Source: Eledone cirrhosa (Eukaryota). Taken from it: a stretch of DNA of 64,000 nt. How positions within the stretch are numbered: position 1 is the first letter of the stretch; the number at the start of each line of letters is the position of its first letter. The stretch is taken from contig OZ024740.1 of assembly GCA_964016885.1 (NCBI GenBank), positions 410,936,001 to 411,000,000 on the forward strand, read 5' to 3'. The translations under genes were made by a program, and so were the position numbers. Under the pieces are notes generated by a model. It did no database searches. It was not told where the DNA came from and saw only the letters and a program-made list of their open reading frames with translations. Shown piece after piece: positions 39,700 through 53,788 of the stretch.

Positions 39700-41000
39700 T
39701 TCGCAGGGCTGAGACAAGTACCAAATTTGTTACTAGACCATCAAGAAACACTACAATATAGCTAGACAAAACAAAAGCAGACACAGCACATCATCCTTCG
39801 CTCGGGTTCGGAAGAGAGCTAATAATAACTATTGGAACCTGGAACATAACAGCCATTACAAGTAAGGAGTAGGAACCAGTGGAGGAGGCTAAAAGCTACC
39901 GGTGAGACATAGTCCGCATTTTCTTAACAATGTTCCGTGGCTCTGGTACCTTGAATGGAGGGTGGAAACGCCACTAAGTGTGGAGCCTGTTCTGACTGCG
40001 CAGCTGGGTGTGGGTATAAGCATAAGTGCCCGTTTGTCAGAATGTGTTATGACCTGGATTCCATTAGGAGGGAAGTTTGCTTCTTGGAACTTAGACTGCA
40101 AATAGATATATGTGGATGGTACAAGTTTTTGCGCTAAACTCTCTAAATAGAAACCCTTTCTTAATAAACTCACTGCAGCGTTAGATGTATTTCAGACTGT
40201 GTCATGTAACCTAGTGGGATGCTTCAATACACATGTTAGCATTGAGCACATGATATGGATAGGAGCGATTGGAAGGAACAACCCTCCTGATCTAAATACG
40301 AATGGAAAAGTCTCATTAGGCTTCGTTTCCTGTACAGTACACTCTATTGTGAACACAGTCGTCCGGCACAGACATCTATAAATATACATGCTATAAGGGG
40401 TTTTGAGGCTGGATGTCCGAGTTAAGAGAGGGACTGAGCTGTCAACTGGCCACCATCTAGTCATCTACAACTTGAGACTACATAAAGCCAATGAAGACCA
40501 CATGGCAGCTGGGCATGTCAACCTATAGGATAAAGTGGGAAGCCTTGGTGGATTAGGATCTCAGGAGCAGCTATTCGGATACCTTTGCATCCAAATTCAG
40601 GGAACTCCCTGAGCAAACTGAGAACGTTGAAACGGAGTGACAGTTTCTGCTCATGAATAAGCGGCATGGTGTTACGCCGGATGGCAGGAGGGTCTCTTGG
40701 TTAAAACCCGAGGTAAATGAAGCTATCTGAGCTAAGAAAGAGGGCTAAAAAGCTTGGCTTAGAAATAGGTCCTCTTTCCTGCACTTGCGGTACAAGCAAG
40801 GGTGAAAGGTCGTAGCAGGGAGAGTAAAAGCGTCCAAAGTTAAGACATTGGCAGACTTAGGTTTAAGCTGGAATCCGACCTTAAATCAGCAAATATATTA
40901 TTATTGTAGACCATCCGCCATCTTCGAAATAAGAAGTCCTACTCCGCGCCTCCTTTTTGGGACGCGTCTTCAGTTCTCTCTTCAGAGAGGGAATATCAAT
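39700..41000 (+). pseudogene. Decayed RTE-clade LINE endonuclease region
   Basis: IGTWNITAI, AQLGVG, GCFNTHV..IGRNNPPDLNTNGK, ELSTGHHLV (APE motifs); many stops. Confidence 0.7.
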
Positions 41001-42101
41001 ACTAGGTGTTAGCACACTACTGTGTGGAGGAAAATGACAGGTCTACACGTTTTTTTTCGATTATCTGTAGTTGTATTTCGGTTAATATTTTCGACGCAAC
41101 CATGCCGAGCGGATAGAAACATTATCACATAAAATAAGAATGGAGTTTGTTCCAGATAATTGTTCATATTTGATAATCAATCGAACAAATATTGATGACT
41201 AGGCAAGGAATATTGATATCAATGGCGTATCGATCTTTTAAGACTTAAATGGGACATACTACAGATACCTCTGAACTAATAAGAATGCTGCACATATATG
41301 TGATGTGAATAAATCTGGAGTGAATAAAAGGTACTTTAGTAGACACCGACAGGTATGGAAACAGCTATCCTCATTCAATGAATCAATAATTTATTAATGA
41401 TATTATCTCTATCAACAGTAGAACCCAAATTCCAGTAACTAAGCCGAACACTTGATGGAATCCGGAAATTAAACATTTATTCAAGGAATGAGTTAACAAC
41501 AACTAGTAAAGTGCACGCCAACAGTGATGCTGGTAGGATTTGTGATACTCACAAAACATATTGAATAGCAAAGGAAATCAATCAGTATATTATAAAATGT
41601 ACTCATGAGAGTAAGCGAAAATCTAAAAAGAAACACTGATTGTACAATTTGTTTCATGTAAATAAAAAGTAGTTGAATTAAATGAAAACTTGATGTTGAA
41701 ACACTCATGTTAGCAGAAAGTGACATATTTGTACATATCCTGAAAGTTAGATGTATGAGAAACAAGAGTGACTGAAGGAGTATCATCCCATAACTTAGAG
41801 GTAAACTTCCAGGTGAATGTCTCATTGATAAATGTAGAAAAAGAGGAAATTATTAGGTACCTACTGAGGTACTTACTACCATTGCAGCCTGGCGTAAAAT
41901 TATCATTGGCAATTATTATCATATTCGCATAACTGTTTGAATATTTTCATACCAAACAAAGAGCAATGGAAACTGATTCGCATTCTTCAAATATAATCGA
42001 TTATTAGTACGATAATGTGTAATCTGTTCCAAGTATTCTCTATTTGATTTTAAGGAGAAAACATATATACACAATGACGCACACATACGCATACACACAT
42101 G

Positions 42102-42169
<68 letters not shown>

Positions 42170-42327
42170 ACGAAAATGTTTAACCCTGACGGCAGAGCTC
42201 AAGCCATTTCGACGGCTATTTCTGGACTGAATTAGAATGTCCATCTGGTTCCTTACGACACCTCCTTCGTTATATATATATATATATATATAACGAAGAA
42301 GGTGTCGTAATGAACCAGATGGACATT

Positions 42328-42389
<62 letters not shown>

Positions 42390-42973
42390 GTATATATATA
42401 TGTGTGTGTGTATGTGTGTGTGTGTGTGTGGTGGGGTGTATGTGTGTGTGTGCGTGTATATTTATGGTATTTTTACACCTAAAAAAGTAATTACACACTC
42501 TCATGTATAATATAGATGTAATATCGTTGGTAAAAGATGTCTTCCAATATTTTCATCCTGACATTTATATTCTGACATTTACATACAAGATGATACTTTC
42601 AAATGCAAATGTTGTTTTGCTATTTTGGAAAACTACGCGTCGAATTTTTCATGCGATATAAAACAAATTCCAGATATTTTACCGAAGACAGGTTTATCAA
42701 ATGTTCCATGAAAATATACTGTAATTTCTAACAGATCAAGAAAAAGCACGTTGATGTAAAATACACTTAACATATAGTTAAAAACTCATGAAGAATTTCG
42801 TGATCTTCATTATACACGACGAAAATATTAGCAACAAGTCTACTACTACTACTACTACTACTACCAAACACAGCAATCACCATAATCACCACCATCCCCA
42901 TCACCACTACCAGAATAAATGTACATCAGAATAAATATGCATCTGCATATAATTCATTAATGATCATCATCTT

Positions 42974-43296
<323 letters not shown>

Positions 43297-43909
43297 ATCA
43301 TTGAGAACATTCTGATATATTTATAGTTACTTTCGGATCTGGTATCTATATGAATATAAGTGCATTTCCGAGTGGCTACAACAATTCTCTATTTTTGGTT
43401 AGGAGAGGAAAATAGAATTATGTTAAAACCCTTCAGAAAATGTCATCAGTGTCAATGAATCATAACATTTTTAGTAACAATTGTAATAAATCAAAAAGAC
43501 ATTTGACCAAACTAATACATATGTTTTATTCATACATGATGGGGGCTTTAGAAATAATGCATCAAGCTGAGGGATTGTGCGAAGCTATATTCGGCTCAAT
43601 TGGTACGATATATCGTAGATTGCAGATATCTTTGCATTCATGTTTTGTTTGGAGGATAATGTTTCTGACGACCTAATGTATTTACTTCGTGATAATTGCG
43701 GTAAGTACAACCACAGTGCCTTTAGTGTTCACTGTATCAGTGCAGTGATCAAGGTAAATGATCATTTAAAAAGATAAATACCTTTGTAAAATAATGATCA
43801 GATAACTTCCAGTTAATTAATATGAAATACAGCTATTAAATATCACAAAATTATAAATGCTTATTTAATTATAAATGCTTATGTAATCATAAAGAAATCT
43901 TTAAAGCAA

Positions 43910-43992
43910 ATAATGTCCACATTTTTCTGTGGACCACCAACATTTCCTCTCGGACAACCAGAGATCCGCGGACCACCGGTTGGTGATCGCTG
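43910..43992 (+). mobile_element. Possible hAT-type element terminus
   Basis: Repeated GGACCAC subterminal motifs ending in CCGGTTGGTGATCGCTG; partner end not found. Confidence 0.35.
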
Positions 43993-44949
43993 ATCTGTAG
44001 CATTAAATTTAAATCTAATGCTTACAGAGACCGTGGACCAAAGTGGCAAACTATATTGGATGAGAAGATCAAAGATTTAGTATATCTGGCGTGAGAGACG
44101 AGAAACATGCATCAGTAAATACAATGTGTATAACAACAATATATTCAAAACTAATACTAATTATTCCAAACATAGCCACAATGCCAACACATATGGAGGG
44201 GGGAGGGACTCGGTTAACTCGACTTCACTACTTTACTTTATAGACCCAGGAATGATGAATTGCAGTGTTGAAGTCGGTGAGATTTGAAAGGAGAACGCAA
44301 AGACGGTGGGCCAAAGTGGAAAACGCGAAGAAAGCCGGAAGTATCATTGTGTTGACGTTCTAACGATTCTGACAATTTATAGCACCAACATTAACTTAAG
44401 GAAGAATTTACGCTATTAGACGCAAATATTCGGGATCGTTAAACAGGTAAAAAAAAAAACGCGAAAAAAGATTCTGTTTGGGATGAAATTTGACAAAAAT
44501 GACAATAACAATAAAGATAAAGTCACTTTATTAATAGGGCTGGACTGCTTGGGGTAAAAGTTAAGTATATCTATTTTTTTCATTAGTTAATTTGTATATC
44601 AAATTTAAGGCTTGCTAACTTCGAAGTTCTAATTAAATAGGAAGAACTGAAGTTCACACTATCGTTTGGTTCATTCTACAACAACAATATTGATTTATTT
44701 TGCCACCTTAAGTAACCGATAGTAATGCAATTATCTTTCATAGACAACTGCCCCTTTTACTCTATAGATTAACAAACTGAATAACAAACCGAAATGATTC
44801 TTATCAAATGTAGGCATTAGCACACAAGATCCAAATAAACATTCCCACAGCATTGATTCTACCAATTTTTGCTACTTCCTTGGATGCAAGGGTCAATATC
44901 GAATAAGTGCAAGTATATCAACATCTAAGAATATTGATAAGGTAGTTAG

Positions 44950-45360
44950 TATTCGAATATTCGACTTACTCGGGGTACAAATAATTTCTAATTGCGACAA
45001 ATCCCATCAAATTCATAGACGTTTATATATGGCTATATAATTTCCGTTAGACATGTACACGGCAACTGGCATGACATGGATATATTGGGTAAAAACGAAA
45101 CCTTGCCGCTGTTTCTGCTCATTTTGAATTATATCCAGGAATTTCGTTGGCACATTTCGTTGCATTTCTTGTTGTAGTTTTCAGATTTGGAGAAATGCAA
45201 TGCACAGACGATGACGCATATAGAATGACTATTAATGTGTATTGGGTTCTACCAGAAATGACATGAAAATATAATTCAATCGAACTTACTTTCAACACAT
45301 CATTGGCAAACAGATTAAATATGAATATATTCCCAGAGCAATTTACAGCTTCCATTAAGT
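44950..45360 (-). pseudogene. Possible decayed Helitron/Pif1 helicase fragment
   Basis: EAVNCSGNIFIFNL..VSS..VISGRTQYTL aligns by eye to DAPGGTGKTFLINL..ASSG..LPGGRTAHSTF; GKV-like motif downstream. Confidence 0.35.
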
Positions 45361-45605
45361 TTCTTTATTGTACGAATTTTTGCCAGATGAGAAATGGAAT
45401 AGATGTAAAGTAAGAGGAAATAACGCATGTGCAATATTGTGGTATCATATATACATATTATATAATATATTTTGATAAGTATGTGAGGAATGAATATACT
45501 ACCGTTTGATGTATATTTTCAATATCGTTTCGGTAGAAGTTTGGGATTCGCTATTTAATATCATACAAGTTACGATTTACACCACACACAGGTACTGTTT
45601 GTTTC

Positions 45606-45678
<73 letters not shown>

Positions 45679-45978
45679 CTTTTTTTTTGTTGATTATTAA
45701 AAGTGAAATGAATATTGGCACTCGATGCTATTAGATGTATAGCGTGAAATCAACGATGTTTAACAAGACGAGAGTTCTAACGAGTATTTACAAATAAGAG
45801 CAAATTTGCAGATGTTAAAAGGGAAGTTATGCTCTGGCTGACTCATATGTGCCGCGTAACCTGGATCTCTGGAAAGGAACCAAAGCAATAACAATTCCCA
45901 GTATTCAAAACAAGAAGCAAGACAGATTTCTCTAATTATAGCAGAATGTGCTTGTTAAGTCTGAGTAGTGTTACACTG

Positions 45979-46076
<98 letters not shown>

Positions 46077-46090
46077 GGAGGGCTAGGTAA

Positions 46091-46124
<34 letters not shown>

Positions 46125-46357
46125 TTCAGTGTAACACTACTCACGGACTTAAGAAGCACATTCTGCTATAATTAGAGAAATCTGACCCTTGTGCACTAGA
46201 GCCAGTTGTATCAGCCTTAAAAAAAACGAAACAATATATCTCTAGCGGTCGACTGATGAGATTGAGCTTCTGTCTGTACTTGTTCATTCTCCTGTCTTCA
46301 CCCATATTTTTTGTTACTCATCCGAGTGTTTTTAGCCACGCGGAACTCTTTTTTCAA

Positions 46358-46383
<26 letters not shown>

Positions 46384-46388
<5 letters not shown>

Positions 46389-47060
46389 TGAAAAGGTGAA
46401 GAATAACATGGTCAACAGTACAAACAAGGTAATTTATTTACAGTCTAACAATTGTTTCCATGATAGAGTTGTCTAAAAATTGCTAAACACTGAAGGCAGT
46501 TGCAGTCAATTTAAAATACATGCTACCTGCATCAGAAACTGAGAAAAAATACAAAATATATGCGTAACGGTAAATTTATAAATTCAAATTACCACATCAA
46601 TAATAATATTAATAATAAAGATATAGAGAGAGATAAAGGAAGGGGGACAGCTGGAAAGGAGGAGGGAGGCGAAAGAGAAAAAGAAAATACAGTTATATGC
46701 ATAACCGGCAAAATTACGAAATCAAACTAGTCGTAATGCATATAACTGTATTTTCTTTTTCTCTTTCGCCCCCCCCCCCCCTCCTTTCCATCTGTCCCCC
46801 TTCCTTTATCTCTCTCTATATCTTTATTATTAATCTTATTATTGATGTGGTAATTTGAATTTATAAATTTACCGTTACGCATATATTTTGTATTTTTTCT
46901 CAGTTTCTGAGGAAATGAACTGGGTAGCATGCATTTTAAATTGAATGCCTTCAGTGTTTAGCGATTTTTAGACAACTCTATCATGGAACAATTGTTAGAC
47001 TGTAAATAAATTACCTTGTTTGAACTGTTGACCATGTTATTCTTCACTTTTTGAATTTTA
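46384..47060. repeat. Inverted repeat (~320-bp arms, ~33-nt spacer) of a hammerhead-bearing terminal repeat
   Basis: 46384-46702 vs 46736-47060. Confidence 0.88.
46901..47002 (+). ncRNA. Hammerhead with 62-nt stem-II insertion (one A of GAAA missing)
   Basis: CAGUUU-CUGAGGA-aAUGA[..]UCAUg-GAA-CAAUUG-UU-AGACUG, then AAUAAA. The mirror copy (46441-46541, minus) keeps GAAA but has a damaged core. Confidence 0.6.
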
Positions 47061-47200
47061 TTACTCCAAGATTTACTTACATAGGAATACAAGTGCAGTC
47101 ATAAACTCATCATCCACGTAAACAACGCCGTACGCTTAAACTATCCATGATAAGTAGTTTTCACAACTTCTTATCGGATTACCTCTAACGATATATTCTT

Positions 47201-47284
<84 letters not shown>

Positions 47285-47324
47285 TATGTATATATATATA
47301 TATATATATAAATATATGTATATA

Positions 47325-47411
<87 letters not shown>

Positions 47412-47514
47412 GGGTGTGTATGATTGTGTATAGAAGATTATATTAATAAAAGGAATTGCAACTTTGTCTGATTTACTCGTTTTATTTACAATCCTTTAAA
47501 ATTATAATGATATT

Positions 47515-48186
47515 TGTTTTTTTTAATAATACATATCAACATTTTCTTTCCATCGCACATATTATTAAACCCTTAAATATTATTCTTAATACATATTAAC
47601 ATTTTCTTTCCATCGCACATATTATTAAACCCTTAAATATTATTCTTAATACATATTAACAATTTCTTTTCATCGCACATATTATTAAACCCTTAAATAT
47701 TATTCTTAATACATATTAACAATTTCTTTTCATCGCACATATTATTAAACCCTTCAATATACAAACCTTAACTTTACATTATTTTTCTCTTCGTTAATTT
47801 TCAAATTCTTTTAATTTATACATTATCTTCCAACGGTTTTTCAACCTCTCTATGTAAAACAATATATTTTTCTCAGTTATAAAAGCTATCTCTCTCTCTC
47901 TATCACCCACCTCTCCTCCTATCTCATCCTTCTTCATTATACCCCCCCCCCACCACTTTTTACTCTCATCTCCTCCTCTTTTTCATCCCCCCCCCCCCAA
48001 CCATTTTTTTCCCCCCAATATCACACATCGATGTAAAACTATTTTTCATATCTTGATTGTGGTTTTAACCTTCATATCATATCTTCTTATTTTATCTGAT
48101 GAAAACACAAATGTTATTGCATGATGATATTTGTTTTTGAAATGCGCATAATAAAATACATGGAACTCTTTTAACCATCTTTTGAT

Positions 48187-48192
<6 letters not shown>
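47515..48192 (+). mobile_element. Solo PLE terminal repeat of the 15710-18760 family, with a 60-bp x4 minisatellite (47524-47760)
   Basis: Homologous to 17935-18757; ends at (TA)n. Confidence 0.85.
48090..48156 (+). ncRNA. Type-I hammerhead, intact core
   Basis: Same fold as 18654-18720: UUUUAU-CUGAUGA..GAAA-UGCGCA-UA-AUAAAA. Confidence 0.8.
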
Positions 48193-48234
<42 letters not shown>

Positions 48235-48277
48235 CTAATAAGTATTGACGATGTGTTAAATGTTCATTAAGTTTCTG

Positions 48278-48368
48278 TACGTCTGACGCGCGTTTCACGA
48301 TTGATCAGCGGAAGGTTCGATTTCTATCGATCGGGCCCGACTCTTCAATCAAAAGCTCATCAGACGTA
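48278..48368 (-). ncRNA. Hammerhead with long stem II
   Basis: UACGU-CUGAUGA..GAUUGA[..]UCAAUC..GAAA-CGCGCG-UC-AGACGUA; stem I out of register by 2 nt; homolog at 59000-59090. Confidence 0.55.
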
Positions 48369-48369
48369 A

Positions 48370-50190
48370 TTTAGCTTAATGTCATTAAGTTTAGAGGAGT
48401 CTGATCAGCTTTTGATTCGACTTAGCCAACTTGGCATGTTTCGGGCCCATTTTGGTTCCAATGGCTACCCCAGAGACCTGCTGGAAAAGGAAAACCCACT
48501 GAGGGGGGAGAACAAGCTCAGCAAGACGGAGAAGAGTGGATGTGCTAGGGTAAGGTGTAGGGTGTCGGAGAGTGCAGAGGTCGTCATCGAGAATGATGTC
48601 GGTGTAAAGGGAGTTGATGTCCAAGGTAAAGAGAAAGTGAGAGGGACCAGGTAAGAAGGAGATAGAGTTGAAAGGTCTAAGGTCATGATTGGTCTCGCGG
48701 ATGCGAGAGGGGAGGTGGGTGACTAAAAGGCCAGGTGGGTATCAAGGTATTGTGAGATGATTTCGGTAGGGCAGTTGCAAGTAGATACAATAGGACAACT
48801 GGGATTATTAGGTTTATGTATCTAAGAGAGGAAGTAGATGGTGGGTGGAGGAGGGGTGCGTACTACAAGGTTGGTGACTGAGAGAGGCAGGAGAGAGGAG
48901 GAAATGAGTTGGCGAATTGTGGAGAATTGGCGAGCTGTAGGTAGTCAGAGGCGGGGTCAAATGATAAAGGGCAGTAAAAAAAATGGAGAGCTTGGTCCAA
49001 GTGAGTTTAGTGCCACGAGAACGCTTGTGGAAAGTGAACCTGTTTACAAAGAAATCGAGGATACTGAACTGGCCAGAGCACGGCGTTCAGTGCAATTGCC
49101 GGCGACTGAGTCCTGTGAAGTCATTCTTCTGTGTCAATGATGGTATGTCGTGGAAAAACGATTTGAGATTTAGTTGACGTAAGAACCCTACGATCTCGGT
49201 GGATCTCGTGGTAAGTGCATGTGGTAGGTTGGAGGCTCAAACCCCTGGCGAGGAGGAAGCGCTCAGCTTCGGAGAACGGTAGGTATGGGGTACTTTGACA
49301 ACGGTAGAAGTACGTGAGCAAGTGAAAGTAGCGGAGGTAGAGGGGCAGTAGTGGTTAGGTATGGTGTGTGTGGAGTCATTGTTGGGTGAGATGAGGAGGT
49401 GGGTACGATAAGAGATGGGGTCGTAGGTGACGGGATAGTAGGGTTAGGGCTGGATGTGAGTGGGTATGTGTGGTGACGGCAGGCAGGGAGCGGAGTGAGT
49501 GAAGTTTATGATTCTTGCTAGAGGTGAGAAAATTAAAGAGGCGATTGAGGTGAACAATGAATTGGATGATGGATTGGGTGAGGATGGGGTGGTAAGTGGA
49601 GGAGATCTCGATCGAGAGAAGTGATGTGTGAGAGAGTGGAATGGATAGTCGCTTGCATGAGATGATGAGATGAGCCGGTGAGGATGGGTTCACTGGTGAC
49701 ACTCGAGTAGGAGGTGGGGTGAAAGTTGTGGCATAAACATCGGGGTGGTGGAGACAATGGTTTAAATAAGTGACGTGACTATCGCAGCGTGTTTTTGTGG
49801 AGAGGGATTGGAGAGATATAAGGATGATTTAATGCATATTGGAGAGAGGTTGGAAGAAGCCTTTGAGGGTAGAGTGGAGCTGGTGGAGGGATGATTTGAC
49901 ATTGGGAATAATTGAAGACTGAGTGTGGGCAGAGGGTGTAGAAGCGACAGGGGAAGACTAGCGGGGTACTGGAGAAAAGGCCGTGAGTTGGTGGAATAAG
50001 AGTCGAAAGCACACGGATGGAGGGTAGAGTAAGAGGGGTAGGAAACTAGAGAGGGTACAGGGTTGAGAGAGAAATAGAATGGTGGGATGGAGAAGGTGAG
50101 AAGTGAGAAGTTAGAAGAGAATAATGGAGGGAAAGTGAAACGTGAGGCGTTCTTATAATACAAAAACCAAGGAAAAAAATTCCAGTGGTC
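48370..50190 (-). mobile_element. Decayed Penelope-like element (N-terminus + RT N-half)
   Basis: FSEAERFLLARGLSLQPT, IHKPNNPSCPIVSTCNCPTEIISQYLD, MDINSLYTDI, FQQVSGVAIGTKMGP. Confidence 0.8.
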
Positions 50191-50226
50191 TGAAAAGATA
50201 TATATACACATACAAACATACACATA

Positions 50227-50337
<111 letters not shown>

Positions 50338-51356
50338 TTAGTATGATGCCTTGTGGTACCTCTTAACCATCACATCTCCTGGAACTTACATATGGCATGG
50401 AATTTGGCGAAATGCGTATTTGTTACACTTTCATCCTTTGCCCTCGTATGTGTAAGCGTAAATAATTATATAAGACTTATCGAACTCACATGAGTAGGTG
50501 TGCAGATAAGTACACACGAACATATAGGCTTACGCACATGCCTAACAGGTTAGACTCAATCAGTCACTGCGCTGGTCAGTTCACGCGCCTCACGCCCGGT
50601 CACATACGTAGATGACAATACACAGACAATAATCATTTAACACGTCATGATCTGCCGCAATCCAAGATATTTTCCTCCTCTTTGATTTATCTCCCATTCT
50701 GTAAATCCTTAAATAATGAGTCTCTTTCTGGCTTGTAATTTTTCAAACTAGCTGAATAACCACACATTTGATTTCCTTTCTTACTCTCGTCTGTCATTTT
50801 ATTTCCTCACACTATTTTCTGATGAAGGAGTGAGGCTTCCTTACATAAAACATTAATCTAATATCATACATCTTTACTGTATTTTATACTTCCCATGTGT
50901 CTTTTTGCTTCTTGACCCTCTCTCCCCATATATTTATAGGGTATGGGAAGCTTAGTGCACTGAATATGTGTACCAACAGAGTGACAGGCAAAATTACTTG
51001 ATGAAAGCGGTTTACATAACGTGTATACATACATATAGTATCAGACAGGCTGACAATATGAGTGAGAAAGATCACCATTCAAACGATACAATGGGATGCT
51101 CAGTTGGTGGATCAAATTGAACACTGGTCGTTAGACACAACGTAGTTCTAAAAACAACAACACACACACGCACACACACACACATCAATATATATATATT
51201 GTTTAAAGAATGTTTTTCCCACTAGTCGTATGAGTTCGTGTGTACACGTATGGATGTGTATTATCACCTCAAAATTCACACATGAACACGAAACACACGC
51301 TCATATATACACACAGAAACACACACATCCATAGATACACACACACACATCCATAG

Positions 51357-51389
<33 letters not shown>

Positions 51390-51391
<2 letters not shown>

Positions 51392-51571
51392 ATTGTTTCT
51401 ACTTTTGGCACAAGGCCAGCAATTACTCAGTACATTACTGGTACTTTATTTTATCGACCCCGTAAGGATGAAAGGCAAAGTTAACCTCGGCAGGATTTGA
51501 ACTCAGATGGTAAAGGGACGTAACTACGCTGGAAAGCATGTCTGACCCTCTACCAACACTGCCAATTCAAC
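51390..51571 (-). mobile_element. tRNA-derived SINE
   Basis: Family match. Confidence 0.9.
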
Positions 51572-52119
51572 TGGTCATACGCATGGTTCATTTTATTTGC
51601 TATTCGTATGTTTATTACATTTTTGAATATAATCATGTTATATCACATCAACAAATTTTCCTCGCGTTTTTCATTTCCTTGCACAAATATTGGAATACAT
51701 TCATTTTTATCTTTCTTTATTTTGTATCTGATTATACACAAAAAAAATATAAATTCCTTATTGCTAGTTATATGTTTGCGCATGTACGTGAGGCTCATTT
51801 ACACAGAGATTTCCTTTTTATGTTTTTTCAACCTTCTGGATACTTGCATTTTATCTTAGATATACGAAACATGTACACTTCACCTAACAAATAAGCAATG
51901 CTTCACTGACTTAATCTTTTAGGAAATAACACAAAGCAATAAGCTTTGAATTTAAGAGCTTCTACGAAATATTTGTCATATTATGTCATCTTCTTATCAC
52001 TATACAAATAAATATTTCATTTCCGTACGCAATATTTATTTATGGCAGCGATGATATCGGAAAGTATGTACATAGTAGAGAAAACGTACCCGACAAAAGC
52101 TCATTGTCATGGACATAAT

Positions 52120-52327
52120 ATAATGGTTTCTTATATAGGCACAAGGCCAGCAATTTTGTGGGAGGGGAAAGTCTCAGTGTGTCACTGGTACTTTATTTTA
52201 TCGACCTCGTAAGGATGATGTCAAAGTTAGCCTCGCCGGAATTTGGACTCAGATCATAAAGGGCCGTAATTCTATGCTGCAAAGCATGGCGTCCGACCCT
52301 CTACCGACACTGCCAATCCACCGCCCT
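52120..52327 (-). mobile_element. tRNA-derived SINE (longer-tail variant)
   Basis: Family match with the extra GGAGGGG segment, as in the 36795 copy. Confidence 0.85.
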
Positions 52328-53456
52328 TGTCATGGAAATAATATAAGAAAGAAATTTGCTTCTCAAAGCTTTGTGACATATTGTTTGAGTTATATCGGCA
52401 ACATTTATAAAATCCAAGCAGCTGATACTTGGAAGATATTCAGATTCTATGATGTAATACTGCGTAAAATATTATTTCAAAATGTCAATTTCTTGACATA
52501 TATTCTATTACCTTTGCCACATATAATATATATATATTAATATATAAATATATGCATTTATTTTATTTATTTATTTAATGGTTTCAGTCAGTAGACAGCT
52601 GTTATGCTGAGGCACCAATGACATTTAGTTGATCGTGTCCACCTAAATATCCACTATTTTAAGTTCTGATACATGATTGAACGGTTTCTTTTGGTGTGAA
52701 CCAAAACACTGTTGGAAAAAAGACGAAATCATAAACAGAGAGATGGACAGACCCACAAACAAACACGTACACATAAAGCTACACTTATACATACTTGCAC
52801 AATACCTTCTCTTAGTCATCATAAAAAAATATGTGTACATGTTATGGCTTAATCGATTTAAGTTAATGTTTTGTCTTGTCACTTATTCCACAGACAGTGC
52901 TTTGGCTTGTGACACACGCTGTGACCCCAGGTGGACCAGCAGTACCAATGGTAGGGGTCGAAACTGCCATAAGTCCATCTCGACGGCTGAAGATCCTGGT
53001 GTTCTGTGTCTTTCGTTTGTATTTTTAAAATATTTCTTTCAGGTCTTCCTTCCACAAACATGTTTTTCGTTTTGCTTTGCTTTCGTTCGTTGTCTTCCCT
53101 TTGTTAATTTTCCTAAGTTTATTATATGTATGTAAATTATATATATATATATATATATATAAAAAGTAAGTCCATAGAATCATTAGATAACATATAAACA
53201 GTATTTCTTCTCCCAATCAGCATAAATCAACCACACAAAAATCATTTAAACGAGGCTATAAGTTTAAAATATACTTATGAAGAAACAATAGATAAATGAT
53301 ATAGCTTTTTATCCGCGACTCACAGTTACAGAAAATTTACCTAGTATTTCTGATAGCCTGTAGAAATTGACTACACATATAGTTAACCATACATAATTAG
53401 GTACAAAATCAAAGTTAGAAGAAAAAATGTACATAAACATACCAAAATCATCAAAA

Positions 53457-53541
53457 TATCTCTATCCACGGCGGTTTCATTCCATTTTTGGATATATCCG
53501 ATCTTGAATAAATCAACGAGGTTGGAAATCATCAGGAGATA
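53457..53541 (-). ncRNA. Hammerhead with 38-nt branched loop II
   Basis: UAUCUC-CUGAUGA-U-UUCCA[UUGA..UCAA, GGAU..AUCC]UGGAA-U-GAAA-CCGCCGUGGA-UA-GAGAUA. Inverted partial copy at 55680-55873. Confidence 0.7.
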
Positions 53542-53745
53542 AACTTAATTGAACAAAGATTTTTCTGACATGATCCCCGCCAGAAACGAATTTAAAATGG
53601 CTAAGAATCGTCACGTGGCTAGTGGCACGGTTGAGTTCTGGCCGTTTCGACGGCTAGATCGACAGTTAAGATCTAGCTGTTTGAAAAAACAAGGTGGCGT
53701 AGGACAGAACAAAGGGGAGGCACATAACAAAGAAAAGAATCCCCA

Positions 53746-53788
53746 GTCACTGAAGAGGTCACAGAATGTGTGACAAAAGAACTTTGAT
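53746..53788 (+). ncRNA. Minimal hammerhead-like motif (GAAA>AAAA)
   Basis: GUCA-CUGAAGA-G-GUCACA(GAAUG)UGUGAC-AAAA-GAAC-UU-UGAU; same architecture as 13955 with covarying stem II. Confidence 0.45.

Noticed and set aside
47524-47760. 60-bp periodic array resembling CRISPR
   Set aside because: No unique spacers and no cas genes; tandem expansion inside a PLE terminal repeat in eukaryotic DNA
50815-50860. CUGAUGA followed by an AGGAG/CUUCCU hairpin
   Set aside because: No GAAA or stems I/III in register; likewise CUGAUGA at ~46253 and ~54144
53640-53690. Long hairpin next to GAAA-CGGC (also 55680-55745)
   Set aside because: No CUGANGA core and the triplet is GUG; treated as a plain hairpin
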